DNA of 64,000 bases from Gammaproteobacteria bacterium (GTDB lineage Bacteria; Pseudomonadota; Gammaproteobacteria; SURF-13), in contig JAUXUQ010000001.1 of assembly GCA_030680605.1 (NCBI GenBank), positions 139,046 to 203,045 of the forward strand. The letters run 5' to 3'. This document shows, in pieces, positions 13,167-22,429 of this stretch. The notes beneath the pieces were generated by a model. That model had not been told where the DNA came from, did not search any database, and saw only the letters and a list, made by a program, of their open reading frames with translations. Each line of letters begins with the position of its first letter. Positions within the stretch are counted from its first letter, which is position 1. The translations under genes and the position numbers were made by a program.

Positions 13167-13489
13167 TGGCAGCCAGCACTGCATTCATCTGGGTATTGCT
13201 GCTACTGGCGGTGGTTGCAGCCAATCTGCCGTGGTTGAGCGAACGCGTATTCTTTATGTTCACACCCAAAAATGGCGTCAAAAGTCCCTGGATGCGTCTG
13301 CTCGAGTGGCTTGCACTGTATTTCGCAGTGGGGTTTATAGCCATGGGGCTGGAGCTAAAGCTTACCGGAAAACACCATGGCCAGACATGGGAGTTCTACG
13401 CCATCAACTTCTTTGTATTCCTGGTGCTTGCACTGCCTGGCTTCATCTACCGCTACGACCTCAAGGCACATTTTGACAAGCGCCGCTGA
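13166..13489 (+). CDS. small membrane protein, DUF2818-like, translationally coupled to nuoN
   Basis: 107 aa, three hydrophobic segments. TGATG overlap with the nuoN stop. A gene of this type follows nuoN in many beta/gamma-proteobacteria (from memory). Confidence 0.7.
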   Translation: MAASTAFIWVLLLLAVVAANLPWLSERVFFMFTPKNGVKSPWMRLLEWLALYFAVGFIAMGLELKLTGKHHGQTWEFYAINFFVFLVLALPGFIYRYDLKAHFDKRR

Positions 13490-13497
13490 ACCCCGGC

Positions 13498-14061
13498 TCA
13501 GCCTGCGCGCTCGACATACTCGCCACTCCCGGTATTGACCTTGATGCGGTCACCTACATCGACGAACTGCGGCACCAGTACGTTCAGCCCCGTCTCAAGT
13601 TTCGCATGCTTATAAGAACTGGTTGCGCTCTGGCCCTTGACCACGGGATCCGCCTCGACCACCTGCAGGATGACATTGGGTGGCAGCTCTATGGAGACCA
13701 ACCGCTCGTTATAAAGCCTGACCTGCACCTCGGTGGAGGGCAGCAAGTATCCGACTTGCTGCCCCATGAATTCCATGGGCACACTGATCTGCTCAAAACT
13801 CTCATTGTCCATAAACACCAGCACGTCATTTTCTTCGTAGGAATACGCCATTTTGCGGGCCTCCAGATCAACCTCGTCCACCTTATCCTCGGCGCGAAAC
13901 CGCTCATTCAGCTTTGTACCTGCCTCAATGTCCTTCATCTCCACTTGAGCGAAGGCTCCACCCTTGCCGGGCTTGACGTGCTCAACGCGTGACACGCGCC
14001 AGAGTCGGCCCTGATAGTCGAGCAAGGTATTAGGGCGGACAGAGGAGGCGGCGATCTTCAT
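13498..14061 (-). CDS. efp: elongation factor P
   Basis: 187 aa. The HVKPGKGGAFAQVEMKD loop and overall length are typical of EF-P. Confidence 0.85.
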   Translation of the reverse strand: MKIAASSVRPNTLLDYQGRLWRVSRVEHVKPGKGGAFAQVEMKDIEAGTKLNERFRAEDKVDEVDLEARKMAYSYEENDVLVFMDNESFEQISVPMEFMGQQVGYLLPSTEVQVRLYNERLVSIELPPNVILQVVEADPVVKGQSATSSYKHAKLETGLNVLVPQFVDVGDRIKVNTGSGEYVERAG

Positions 14062-14282
14062 GCTTTAATTCCAAGTGTTAGAGTGCGATGATTATAGGCT
14101 GCAATTGTCGGCGCCGTAATGGTCTTTGCGGTGTGTTCACCTGATACGTGCCGTTTGGCGATCAGCACGGGTTATTTTCTGTATTTTACTATAAATTATA
14201 AATAGTTATAATAATATTCTAATGTTATTTATGGGTAGTAATACGCGTGGAATCTGGCCCCCGGCCTGAGCCTGCCGCCGCC

Positions 14283-16139
14283 ATGGCAAACACACCCACT
14301 GCCTTCGATGCGCGCGCATTTCTCAAGAGCGTCACCAACAGGCCCGGCGTCTACCGCATGCTCGATGCTAGCGGCGGGGTATTGTATGTAGGTAAGGCAC
14401 GCAATCTTAAACAGCGCCTCACCAGCTATTTTCGCAGCCAAGCCGTAACGCCGCATACTGCAAAAACCCAGGCCATGGTGGCACACATACAAGGCATAGA
14501 GATCACCGTTACCCACACGGAGACCGAAGCACTGATACTGGAAAGCACCCTCATCAAGTCGCTCAAGCCACGTTACAACATCCTGCTGCGTGACGACAAA
14601 AGCTACCCGTACATATTTCTCTCCGACAAGCATGAATACCCGCGCCTCGCATTGCACCGGGGTGCGCGGCGTGCAGCGGGGCGTTATTTTGGCCCTTATC
14701 CCAGTGCGCTTGGCGCGAGAGAGAGTCTGCATTTGCTGCAAAAGCTGTTTCAGGTGCGCCAGTGTGAGGACAGCTTCTACCGCAATCGTTCACGACCCTG
14801 CCTGCAACACCAGATCAAGCGCTGCACCGGCCCCTGCGTCGGTCTGATAAGTAAAGAGGACTATGCCGAGGACGTGCGCCACACAACCATGTTTCTGCAA
14901 GGCAAAAACCACGAGGTCATCAGCGAACTGGCAACACGCATGGAAGCAGCCGCGACCCGGATGGAGTTTGAGCAGGCGGCACACTACCGCGACCAGATTA
15001 CTCATCTGAAACAGGTACAGGAGCATCAGTATGTCAGCGGTGAGAAGGGCGATCTCGATGTGATTGCGGCGTTGGTAAAAAATGGCGTGGGCTGTGTCGA
15101 ACTGTTTTTTATCCGTGCCGGCCGCGCACTCGGCAACAAGGCCTTTTTCCCGCGTCTGCCTGCGGGCGCCACGGCGGCCGAACTGCTTGCCGCCTTCCTG
15201 CCCCAGTATTATCTCGCGGGCGAGACAAGCGCCGGTGACGGGCAACAGATCATCCCCGGCGGCATCATCACGCTACCGGCCGTGGAGGACGCAGATCTCG
15301 TGCAGCAGGCCCTGAGCGCCCGTTCCGGGCGACGCGTGACCCTTTCGAGCCGTGTGCGCGGTGAGCGGGCACGCTGGCTGCAGCTGGCCCTCACCAACGC
15401 CGAGCAGGCGTTGGCACAACAACTGGCCAGCAAAGGCCACCTGAGCGAACGCTTTGAGGCATTGCGTACCGCCTTGCAGCTCAAACAAACCCCGCAGCGC
15501 ATCGAATGCTTTGATATCAGCCACACCCAAGGGGAGGCCACCGTGGCTTCCTGCGTTGTGTTTGATGGCCAGGGGCCGCTGAAGTCCGCCTACCGGCGGT
15601 TTAACATCGAGGGCATTACCCCCGGTGACGACTACGCCGCCATGCAGCAGGCCCTGCTGCGCCGCTATACACGGCTGGCCCAGGGTGAGGGCACGCCACC
15701 TGATATACTGTTTATCGACGGCGGCAAAGGACATCTGGCCGAGGCCGTGAATGTACTCAAGGAGCTCCAGATCACCGACGTGACGGTTGTGGGCGTAGCC
15801 AAGGGGGAGGGGCGCAAGCCCGGGCTGGAATCCCTGCTGCTGCCCAACCGGCGCACCCCACTGCGGCTGGCCCCCGATGCACCGGCCCTGCACCTGATTC
15901 AGCAACTGCGTGATGAGGCGCACCGCTTTGCCATCACCGGTCATCGCCAGCAGCGGGGCAAAACGCGCACCACCTCGGCGCTGGAGGGGATACCCGGCAT
16001 AGGCCCACGCCGGCGGCGCGTGCTGCTGAGCCAGTTCGGCGGGCTGCAAGGGCTGGCCCGGGCAGGTGTAGATGACCTCAGCCACGTGCCCGGCATCAGC
16101 AAGCAACTGGCACAAAAAATCTATGACGTATTCCACTGA
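14283..16139 (+). CDS. uvrC: excinuclease ABC subunit C
   Basis: 618 aa from ATG 14283. GIY-YIG N-terminus (GVYRMLDASGGVLYVGKARNLKQRL), a UVR domain, and a C-terminal HhH (GIGPRRRRVLLSQFG). Confidence 0.95.
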   Translation: MANTPTAFDARAFLKSVTNRPGVYRMLDASGGVLYVGKARNLKQRLTSYFRSQAVTPHTAKTQAMVAHIQGIEITVTHTETEALILESTLIKSLKPRYNILLRDDKSYPYIFLSDKHEYPRLALHRGARRAAGRYFGPYPSALGARESLHLLQKLFQVRQCEDSFYRNRSRPCLQHQIKRCTGPCVGLISKEDYAEDVRHTTMFLQGKNHEVISELATRMEAAATRMEFEQAAHYRDQITHLKQVQEHQYVSGEKGDLDVIAALVKNGVGCVELFFIRAGRALGNKAFFPRLPAGATAAELLAAFLPQYYLAGETSAGDGQQIIPGGIITLPAVEDADLVQQALSARSGRRVTLSSRVRGERARWLQLALTNAEQALAQQLASKGHLSERFEALRTALQLKQTPQRIECFDISHTQGEATVASCVVFDGQGPLKSAYRRFNIEGITPGDDYAAMQQALLRRYTRLAQGEGTPPDILFIDGGKGHLAEAVNVLKELQITDVTVVGVAKGEGRKPGLESLLLPNRRTPLRLAPDAPALHLIQQLRDEAHRFAITGHRQQRGKTRTTSALEGIPGIGPRRRRVLLSQFGGLQGLARAGVDDLSHVPGISKQLAQKIYDVFH

Positions 16140-16147
16140 GGTGTGAT

Positions 16148-16699
16148 GTGAACCTGCCCAATATTCTGACCTTCATGCGCATCGGCCTGATACCGGTATT
16201 CGTACTGGTCTTTTACCTGCCCTTTGAAGGCGCCCGCATGGTAAGCGCGGCCATTTTTGCCCTGGCGGCCATCACGGATATCCTCGACGGCTACCTCGCA
16301 CGCAGGCTGGGGCAGATATCGGCCCTCGGTACCTTCCTCGACCCGGTAGCAGACAAGCTCATGGTCGCGGTCGCCCTCATCCTGCTGGTGCAGACCGACC
16401 CCACCCCCTGGCTCGCCATTCCCGCTGCTGTCATCATCGGCCGTGAGATCGCCATTTCTGCCCTGCGGGAGTGGATGGCCGAACTGGGTCAGCGTACCTC
16501 CGTTGCGGTATCGATGATAGGGAAACTCAAGACCATCGCCCAGATGCTGGCCTTGGTGTTACTACTCTACCGTAGCCCCCTGGCAGGGCTTCCTGTCTAC
16601 CCGGCAGGGCTGGTGTTGCTGTATCTGGCAGCAGGGCTGACCCTCTGGTCCATGCTGGTCTATTTGCATGCGGCCTGGCGCAGCCTGAAAGCAGGCTGA
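16148..16699 (+). CDS. pgsA: CDP-diacylglycerol--glycerol-3-phosphate 3-phosphatidyltransferase
   Basis: 183 aa with a GTG start. CDP-alcohol phosphatidyltransferase motif DILDGYLARRLG...G.FLDPVADK. Position after uvrC as in E. coli. Confidence 0.9.
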   Translation: MNLPNILTFMRIGLIPVFVLVFYLPFEGARMVSAAIFALAAITDILDGYLARRLGQISALGTFLDPVADKLMVAVALILLVQTDPTPWLAIPAAVIIGREIAISALREWMAELGQRTSVAVSMIGKLKTIAQMLALVLLLYRSPLAGLPVYPAGLVLLYLAAGLTLWSMLVYLHAAWRSLKAG

Positions 16700-16756
16700 T
16701 CGCTACCTTTTCTTGACAGCAGGTGCACGCCGGTTACAATAGCGAGCTTCATTGAC

Positions 16757-16831
16757 GCGGGAATAGCTCAGTGGTAGAGCACAACCTTGCCAAGGTTGGG
16801 GTCGCGAGTTCGAATCTCGTTTCCCGCTCCA
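16757..16831 (+). tRNA. glyW: tRNA-Gly (GCC)
   Basis: Cloverleaf readable by eye: acceptor GCGGGAA/TTCCCGC, anticodon arm CAACC-TTGCCAA-GGTTG, T-arm GCGAG-TTCGAAT-CTCGT, encoded CCA. Confidence 0.95.
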
Positions 16832-16875
16832 TGATTTGATGGTTTACAGGCCTTACTCTGCCTGGAACACGTCAC

Positions 16876-16949
16876 GGCTGGGTGGCAGAGTGGTCATGCA
16901 GCGGCCTGCAAAGCCGCGTACGCCGGTTCGATTCCGACCTCAGCCTCCA
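16876..16949 (+). tRNA. cysT: tRNA-Cys (GCA)
   Basis: Anticodon arm GCGGC-CTGCAAA-GCCGC, T-arm with GGTTCGATTCC, encoded CCA. Confidence 0.95.
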
Positions 16950-17066
16950 ACTTCCTCGGTGCACGCAGTTCCCCTTCAAGCCATGGTCCAGGTAGCCAGC
17001 GTAGTCAGGCGCTGGTCTGCCCATCCGGCAGGCGATCCTGTACAGTTGTATACTGCTCACCATAAA

Positions 17067-17153
17067 GCCCGGGTGGCGAAATTGGTAGACGCAAGGGACT
17101 TAAAATCCCTCGGCCTTACGGCTGTGCCGGTTCGACCCCGGCCCCGGGCACCA
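17067..17153 (+). tRNA. leuZ: tRNA-Leu (TAA), long variable arm
   Basis: Acceptor GCCCGGG/CCCGGGC, anticodon arm AGGGA-CTTAAAA-TCCCT, long variable arm, GGTTCGACCCC T-arm, encoded CCA. Confidence 0.95.
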
Positions 17154-17268
17154 GCCAAAACAATTAGTTACTGATCTTTTGTCAGGCACCTTGAAACGAA
17201 ACACAAACTGCCTGTCCACCACTGAAACCGACGCGATGCGTTTGAATAAGTAACCGGGTCACGGCACG

Positions 17269-20244
17269 ATGAAGAAACGATTGCCCACAGACGAAGTCAT
17301 CACCACGCTGCTCCGCGAGATCGGGATGGACGCGCAAGAGATCGCCCAGCGCAAGGCATTCCTGGAGTTCGAGCAGACCGATGTCAAACTGCTCACGGAG
17401 CTGTACCCACGTCTACAAAATGCGTCGCAGCGGTTCGTGGACGATTTTTACGCCCTGCTGCTCCAGTTCGAGGAAACCCACCACCTCATCTCCGACCCCC
17501 ATACTATAAAACGCCTGAAACAGTCCCAGGAGGCCTACTTCACCGAGCTGACTGCAGGCCACTATGACTCCGAATATATCCTCAGCCGTCTGCGCGTAGG
17601 CGCCACCCATCAGCGCATCGGACTCGAACCCAAATGGTACCTCGGCGCCTACAGAAAGTATCTTACCGGGCTGCTGCCCGAACTGTGGCGCTTGCTTGGC
17701 GACGACCCGGACAAGTTTCTCGCCACCTACCACGCGCTGCAGAAGATTGTATTCCTGGACATGGGGATTGCCATTGATACCTATATCCAGGCCGACCGGC
17801 GCGCCATCCTCGATCTCAAGCACTACGCCGAAGACATCATTACCAACCTGCCCGTTGGGTTGATCGTGCTAGACAACGCCCTCAAGGTACAAAGCGTCAA
17901 TCGCTCCTTCCGCGAGATATCCGGACTGAAGGACGGGGAGGACGTCTCCGGGCGCGAACTCGAAGACATCCTGCCACTGCCCGGCTTGCGCCAACAGGCG
18001 CAAGCCGTCCTCGCCGGCAGGATGGCCTTGCACGGCATTGATGGCGTGCTGGGCAAAAAACAGCTGCACCTCACCATCACGGGAATCCAGCTTGCAGAAG
18101 CGGCACGCCTGCTGGTGGTCGTGGAGGACTTCACCGAGCACAAACAGACAGAGGATATGCTCGCGCGCCTGGGCCGCATTCTCGATAGCTCCTCCAACGA
18201 GATTTACGTCTTCGATGCCGACACGCTGAATTTTCTGCAAGTCAACCAAGGGGCACTGCGCAATCTCGGCTATACCATGGAGGAAATGAAAGCACATACA
18301 CCGCTGGATATCAAACCACTGCTCACTCGGCAAAACTTTGAGGATCTGGTTACGCCGCTGCGCCAGGGGATATCCGACCTGACAATGTTTGAGACCATGC
18401 ACAAGCGCAAAGATGGCAGCCTATATCCGGTCGAGGTAAGAATACATTTCGCCCGCAACGAAACCCGACCGGTATTTGCAGCCCTCATCCAGGACATCAC
18501 GGCGCGCAGGCGGGCCGAAGAGGAGTTGCGCCTTGCCGCCGTGGTATTCGAGCAAAGCATCGATGCCGTGGTCATCACGGACACGGAGCGGCGCGTCATC
18601 ACCGCGAATCAGGCCTTCACGCGGATGACGGGTTATGCGCCCGAAGCAGTGATCGGGAACACGTTAAGCATCCTGAGATCCGGACGGCATGATACGGCCT
18701 TCTTCCGTGCGATATGGGAACACGTTACCAAAGATGGCCACTGGCAAGGGGAAGTCTGGAACCGGCGCAAATCGGGCGAGATTCATCCCGTGTGGATGTC
18801 GCTTGCCGCCGTGCGCAATGAAAAAGGGGTGGTCACCCACTACATCGGCATCATGAGCGATATCGCCGAACGCAAGGATCAGGAGGCGCGCATCGAGCAT
18901 CTCGCCTTCTACGACCCGCTGACCGGGCTGCCCAACCGGGCGCTGTTCATGGATCGCCTGAATCAGACTTTGGCCAATGCCGAACGGCACGGGCAGCGGG
19001 TGGCTATCCTGTTTATGGATCTCAACCGCTTCAAGGAGATCAACGACACCATGGGGCACGATGCCGGCGACCTAGTGCTGACCGAGGTCGCGCGGCGCTT
19101 CCAGGGGGTGCTGCGCCAGGCAGACACGCTTACTCGCTTTGGCGGCGATGAGTTCGTCATCATTGCCGGTGAATCCGATCAGTCTTCCACCGTCCAAATC
19201 GCCGAACGTTTGCAGCAAGCGCTTGGTGATCCCTTTACGTTGAGGGGGCAGTCTTTTTCGGTGGGGACGAGCATCGGCATCGCCTTCTATCCTGAGGATG
19301 GAAAGTCGTCCGATGACCTGCTTAAACTGGCCGACATTGCCATGTACCGCGCCAAGGCAGCAGGCGGCGGCTACCGCTTCTATCAGCCGGAGATGAGCGC
19401 GGGACTGGCCGAGCGCATGGAGCTTGCCCAGCGGCTGGGCCGCGCCCTGAAGGCTGGGCAGTTACAGCTCTATTACCAGCCGATAGTGAATCTGCAAACA
19501 AAAGCCATCTCCAGTGCCGAGGCCTTGTTGCGCTGGAATGATCCCGAATGGGGCTGGGTGAGCCCGGCGAAATTCATCCCGGTTGCCGAAGAGCGGCGCA
19601 TGATGGGGGTGCTCGGAGAGTGGGTGCTGAAGGAGGCATGCCGCCAGTTGAAGGCCTGGCAAGAGACCGGCCTGAGTTTCCCCGGGCAGCTCGCCGTCAA
19701 TAAAGCCGTCCGGGAGACCGGCCTGAATTCCCCCGGACGGCTCGCCATCAATATCGCCGCACAACAGCTTGAAGAGGCCGAGTTTGTCAGCAAGACAAGG
19801 GTCATCGTGCGTGCGGCGGGGCTGACACCAAATTGTCTTGCGCTGGAACTCACAGAGAGTGGGCTGATGGAAAATCCGGAGCGGGCAATCGGGATGATGG
19901 GGGCTCTGAAGACGGCGGGATTTTCGCTCTCAATAGACGATTTCGGCACCGGCCACTCGTCGCTTATGTATCTCAAACACCTCCCGGTGGACAAGCTCAA
20001 GATTGACATGTCTTTTGTGCGCGACATGATAAAGGACAGCAATGATTACACCATCGTTGCCACCATCATCGCCATGGCACGCGCCCTCGGCCTCAGGACG
20101 GTTGCCGAAGGAGTGGAGGAAGAGGCGCAAATGCAAAGCCTGCTGGCGCTGGGTTGCGATGAGGCGCAGGGCTATTACTTTGGTCACCCCGAACCGGCTG
20201 AGGTTTTTGCGCAGAAATGGCTTAAACCCACCGCCTCCGGATGA
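17269..20244 (+). CDS. globin-coupled sensor / PAS-PAS / GGDEF / EAL c-di-GMP signalling protein
   Basis: 991 aa. The N-terminal ~170 aa resemble protoglobin/globin-coupled-sensor domains (FVDDFYALLLQFEETHHLI..., GATHQRIGLEPKWYLGAYRKYL). Two PAS domains follow, then GGDEF (RFGGDEFVII) and EAL (AEALLRW ... DDFGTGHSSL). Confidence 0.9.
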   Translation: MKKRLPTDEVITTLLREIGMDAQEIAQRKAFLEFEQTDVKLLTELYPRLQNASQRFVDDFYALLLQFEETHHLISDPHTIKRLKQSQEAYFTELTAGHYDSEYILSRLRVGATHQRIGLEPKWYLGAYRKYLTGLLPELWRLLGDDPDKFLATYHALQKIVFLDMGIAIDTYIQADRRAILDLKHYAEDIITNLPVGLIVLDNALKVQSVNRSFREISGLKDGEDVSGRELEDILPLPGLRQQAQAVLAGRMALHGIDGVLGKKQLHLTITGIQLAEAARLLVVVEDFTEHKQTEDMLARLGRILDSSSNEIYVFDADTLNFLQVNQGALRNLGYTMEEMKAHTPLDIKPLLTRQNFEDLVTPLRQGISDLTMFETMHKRKDGSLYPVEVRIHFARNETRPVFAALIQDITARRRAEEELRLAAVVFEQSIDAVVITDTERRVITANQAFTRMTGYAPEAVIGNTLSILRSGRHDTAFFRAIWEHVTKDGHWQGEVWNRRKSGEIHPVWMSLAAVRNEKGVVTHYIGIMSDIAERKDQEARIEHLAFYDPLTGLPNRALFMDRLNQTLANAERHGQRVAILFMDLNRFKEINDTMGHDAGDLVLTEVARRFQGVLRQADTLTRFGGDEFVIIAGESDQSSTVQIAERLQQALGDPFTLRGQSFSVGTSIGIAFYPEDGKSSDDLLKLADIAMYRAKAAGGGYRFYQPEMSAGLAERMELAQRLGRALKAGQLQLYYQPIVNLQTKAISSAEALLRWNDPEWGWVSPAKFIPVAEERRMMGVLGEWVLKEACRQLKAWQETGLSFPGQLAVNKAVRETGLNSPGRLAINIAAQQLEEAEFVSKTRVIVRAAGLTPNCLALELTESGLMENPERAIGMMGALKTAGFSLSIDDFGTGHSSLMYLKHLPVDKLKIDMSFVRDMIKDSNDYTIVATIIAMARALGLRTVAEGVEEEAQMQSLLALGCDEAQGYYFGHPEPAEVFAQKWLKPTASG

Positions 20245-20396
20245 TTGGGGTGCCGGCGCAGCGGGCAGACAAGCGGGTGAGCGTCGGCATGTTTGGGTTT
20301 GAAGGATTTTCCGTCTTATTTCCAAGCTGTCCAGAAGCTGCTTAACTGGATGGGTTACCCCTCAATCACGGTAACGCCAGCAAGGAGCCCTGTTCA

Positions 20397-21053
20397 ATGT
20401 GCTTTTCGGCAACGGTAAGCTTTATCGCTGGAGCTTCTTTGTCCATACTTGGTGTGGCAACTGTAACCAAGGTGGAGCGAAAGAGGGAGATCCCGCTTGC
20501 GCTAATCCCACTTTTATTCGGGGTTCAGCAAATCATCGAGGGTATGCTATGGCTCGCATTTCGATTCGACGCTCCCTTGCTCAATGTGAGCATGACATAT
20601 GCGTTTACGCTGTTTTCGCACGTTTTGTGGCCCATATTAGTGCCTTTCTCCATCGGGTTGGTGGAAAATGTGGCTTGGCGTAAAAAAGTGATACGGGTAT
20701 TCCAGTTCATCGGGGTCGCAGTCGGCTTATACCTGCTTTACATGATCGCCAGATATCCCGTCACCTCGAATGCTGCTGAGCACATTGTTTATGTTTCACT
20801 GCATTTTTATACTGTTCCGGTGATGGTTCTTTACCTGGCGGCCACGTGCGTTGGCTCGTTCTTTTCGAGCCACAGGATAGTAAATGTCTTCGGGGTTCTG
20901 GCGCTGCTTCTTTTTATGGTAGCCTACGAATTCTATACCGTCGCCTTTTTTTCAGTATGGTGTTTTTTTGCTGCGATTTTAAGTGCTGTCATTTACCTGC
21001 ACTTCAAGCTGAGAAAACAGCACATCCCGGAGGTGATGCCGGGCCGTGCGTGA
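20397..21053 (+). CDS. hypothetical polytopic membrane protein
   Basis: 218 aa with about six hydrophobic segments. Visibly lower GC than its neighbours. No family recognised with confidence. Confidence 0.6.
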   Translation: MCFSATVSFIAGASLSILGVATVTKVERKREIPLALIPLLFGVQQIIEGMLWLAFRFDAPLLNVSMTYAFTLFSHVLWPILVPFSIGLVENVAWRKKVIRVFQFIGVAVGLYLLYMIARYPVTSNAAEHIVYVSLHFYTVPVMVLYLAATCVGSFFSSHRIVNVFGVLALLLFMVAYEFYTVAFFSVWCFFAAILSAVIYLHFKLRKQHIPEVMPGRA

Positions 21054-21222
21054 GCACCAAAACAAATCTGAGCGGTGTAAGGGCAGGGTCACCCCAATGG
21101 ATCACTCGGTTACTCGGGGTTCATAACGGAAGGTGACAGGGGTTCACTAGCGTAACGTCTACAGTAATCACTGTAACCAGCACGCATGCTTGGACGAAAG
21201 CCAGCGGTACCAGAAGGCATAT

Positions 21223-22260
21223 ATGAAAAAATTTATCCAGGAAATGGAACGTACTGTGGCAGAATTGGCGGCGCCCGGCAAAGGGATACTCGCCGCTGAC
21301 GAAAGTACTGGCACCATCGAGAAACGCTTCAAGAGCGTGAGTGTGCCCTGCACCGAGGATAGTCGGCGCGATTACCGTGAAATACTATTTACCACTCACG
21401 GGCTTGGCGAATTCATAGGCGGTGTGATTCTGTTCGAGGAAACCCTGAAACAAACGAACGCTACGGGTGTACCGTTACCGCAACTGCTCACGGAGCAGGG
21501 CATAGTCCCCGGCATTAAAGTGGATAAAGGCACAGTAGCATTGCCGGAGTTTTCCGGCGAGAAAGTCACCCAGGGACTTGACGGTCTGGCGGATCGACTC
21601 GCAGAGTACAGGAAATTCGGCGCTCGTTTTGCAAAGTGGCGTGCGGTGATTCCCATCGGCGTCGGTATTCCCACGCCGGAGGGGATCGCCGCGAACGCGG
21701 TGGCACTGGCACGCTATGCCGCAGTTTGTCAGGCACAGGGTCTGGTGCCGATCGTGGAGCCTGAGGTTTTGATGGATGGCAACCACGACATCGCGACCTG
21801 CGCACGAATCAGTGAGGAGGTGTTGCACACCGTGTTCCATGCACTTCACCAACAGCGCATCACGCTGGAACTCATGCTACTCAAACCCAACATGGTCGTA
21901 CCCGGTGTCGATTGCGCGAAGCAGGCCACGCCTGACGACGTCGCGACCGCAACACTGGCTTGCCTGCGGCGCACGGTGCCGGCGGCAATGCCGAGCATCA
22001 ATTTTCTCTCCGGCGGCCAAAGCGAGCAAATGGCCACTGCCAATCTCAATGCCATGAATATCGGCACGGTGAAGCAACCTTGGGTCTTGAGCTTTTCCTA
22101 TGGACGCGCCCTGCAGGCACCAGCACTGGCAGCCTGGCACGGGGATGCGAAGAACCGCGACCTCGTGCAGCAGGCGCTGTATAAACGCGCGCGCCTGAAC
22201 AGCGCCGCCCGCCAAGGCCGTTACACCGCCGCAATGGAGCAAGAGCCGACTGCGGCGTAG
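21223..22260 (+). CDS. fructose-bisphosphate aldolase, class I
   Basis: 345 aa from ATG 21223. GKGILAADESTGTIEKRF and LLKPNMV (Schiff-base Lys region) are class I aldolase hallmarks. Confidence 0.9.
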   Translation: MKKFIQEMERTVAELAAPGKGILAADESTGTIEKRFKSVSVPCTEDSRRDYREILFTTHGLGEFIGGVILFEETLKQTNATGVPLPQLLTEQGIVPGIKVDKGTVALPEFSGEKVTQGLDGLADRLAEYRKFGARFAKWRAVIPIGVGIPTPEGIAANAVALARYAAVCQAQGLVPIVEPEVLMDGNHDIATCARISEEVLHTVFHALHQQRITLELMLLKPNMVVPGVDCAKQATPDDVATATLACLRRTVPAAMPSINFLSGGQSEQMATANLNAMNIGTVKQPWVLSFSYGRALQAPALAAWHGDAKNRDLVQQALYKRARLNSAARQGRYTAAMEQEPTAA

Positions 22261-22429
22261 TAGCCGGGAGCGGTTCTGTCTGACGCAAGACGCTCGCATT
22301 GATGGATAAGCAGTGTACCCATCATATAAAGTACGTTCAGCCCGCTACCCCTATAACAAATCTTGCGCCGTCTGCCATGTCATGGCGTAGATGGGTACTA
22401 CGCGGCGTATTACGGCGTGCAGTATGTGT

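Noticed and set aside
14178-14206. Possible LexA (SOS) box upstream of uvrC (CTGTATTTTACTATAA)
   Set aside because: The second half-site is ATAA rather than ACAG, so it does not fit CTGT-N8-ACAG. It is reported only as an AT-rich palindrome.
15273-16136. 287-aa ORF on the minus strand
   Set aside because: It is entirely antisense to the well-supported uvrC and has Ala/Gly/Arg/Pro-rich composition, as expected from GC-rich antisense frames. No start context or family resemblance.
16836-17174. 112-aa ORF spanning the tRNA cluster
   Set aside because: It runs straight through tRNA-Cys and tRNA-Leu, so it is an artefact of ORF calling.
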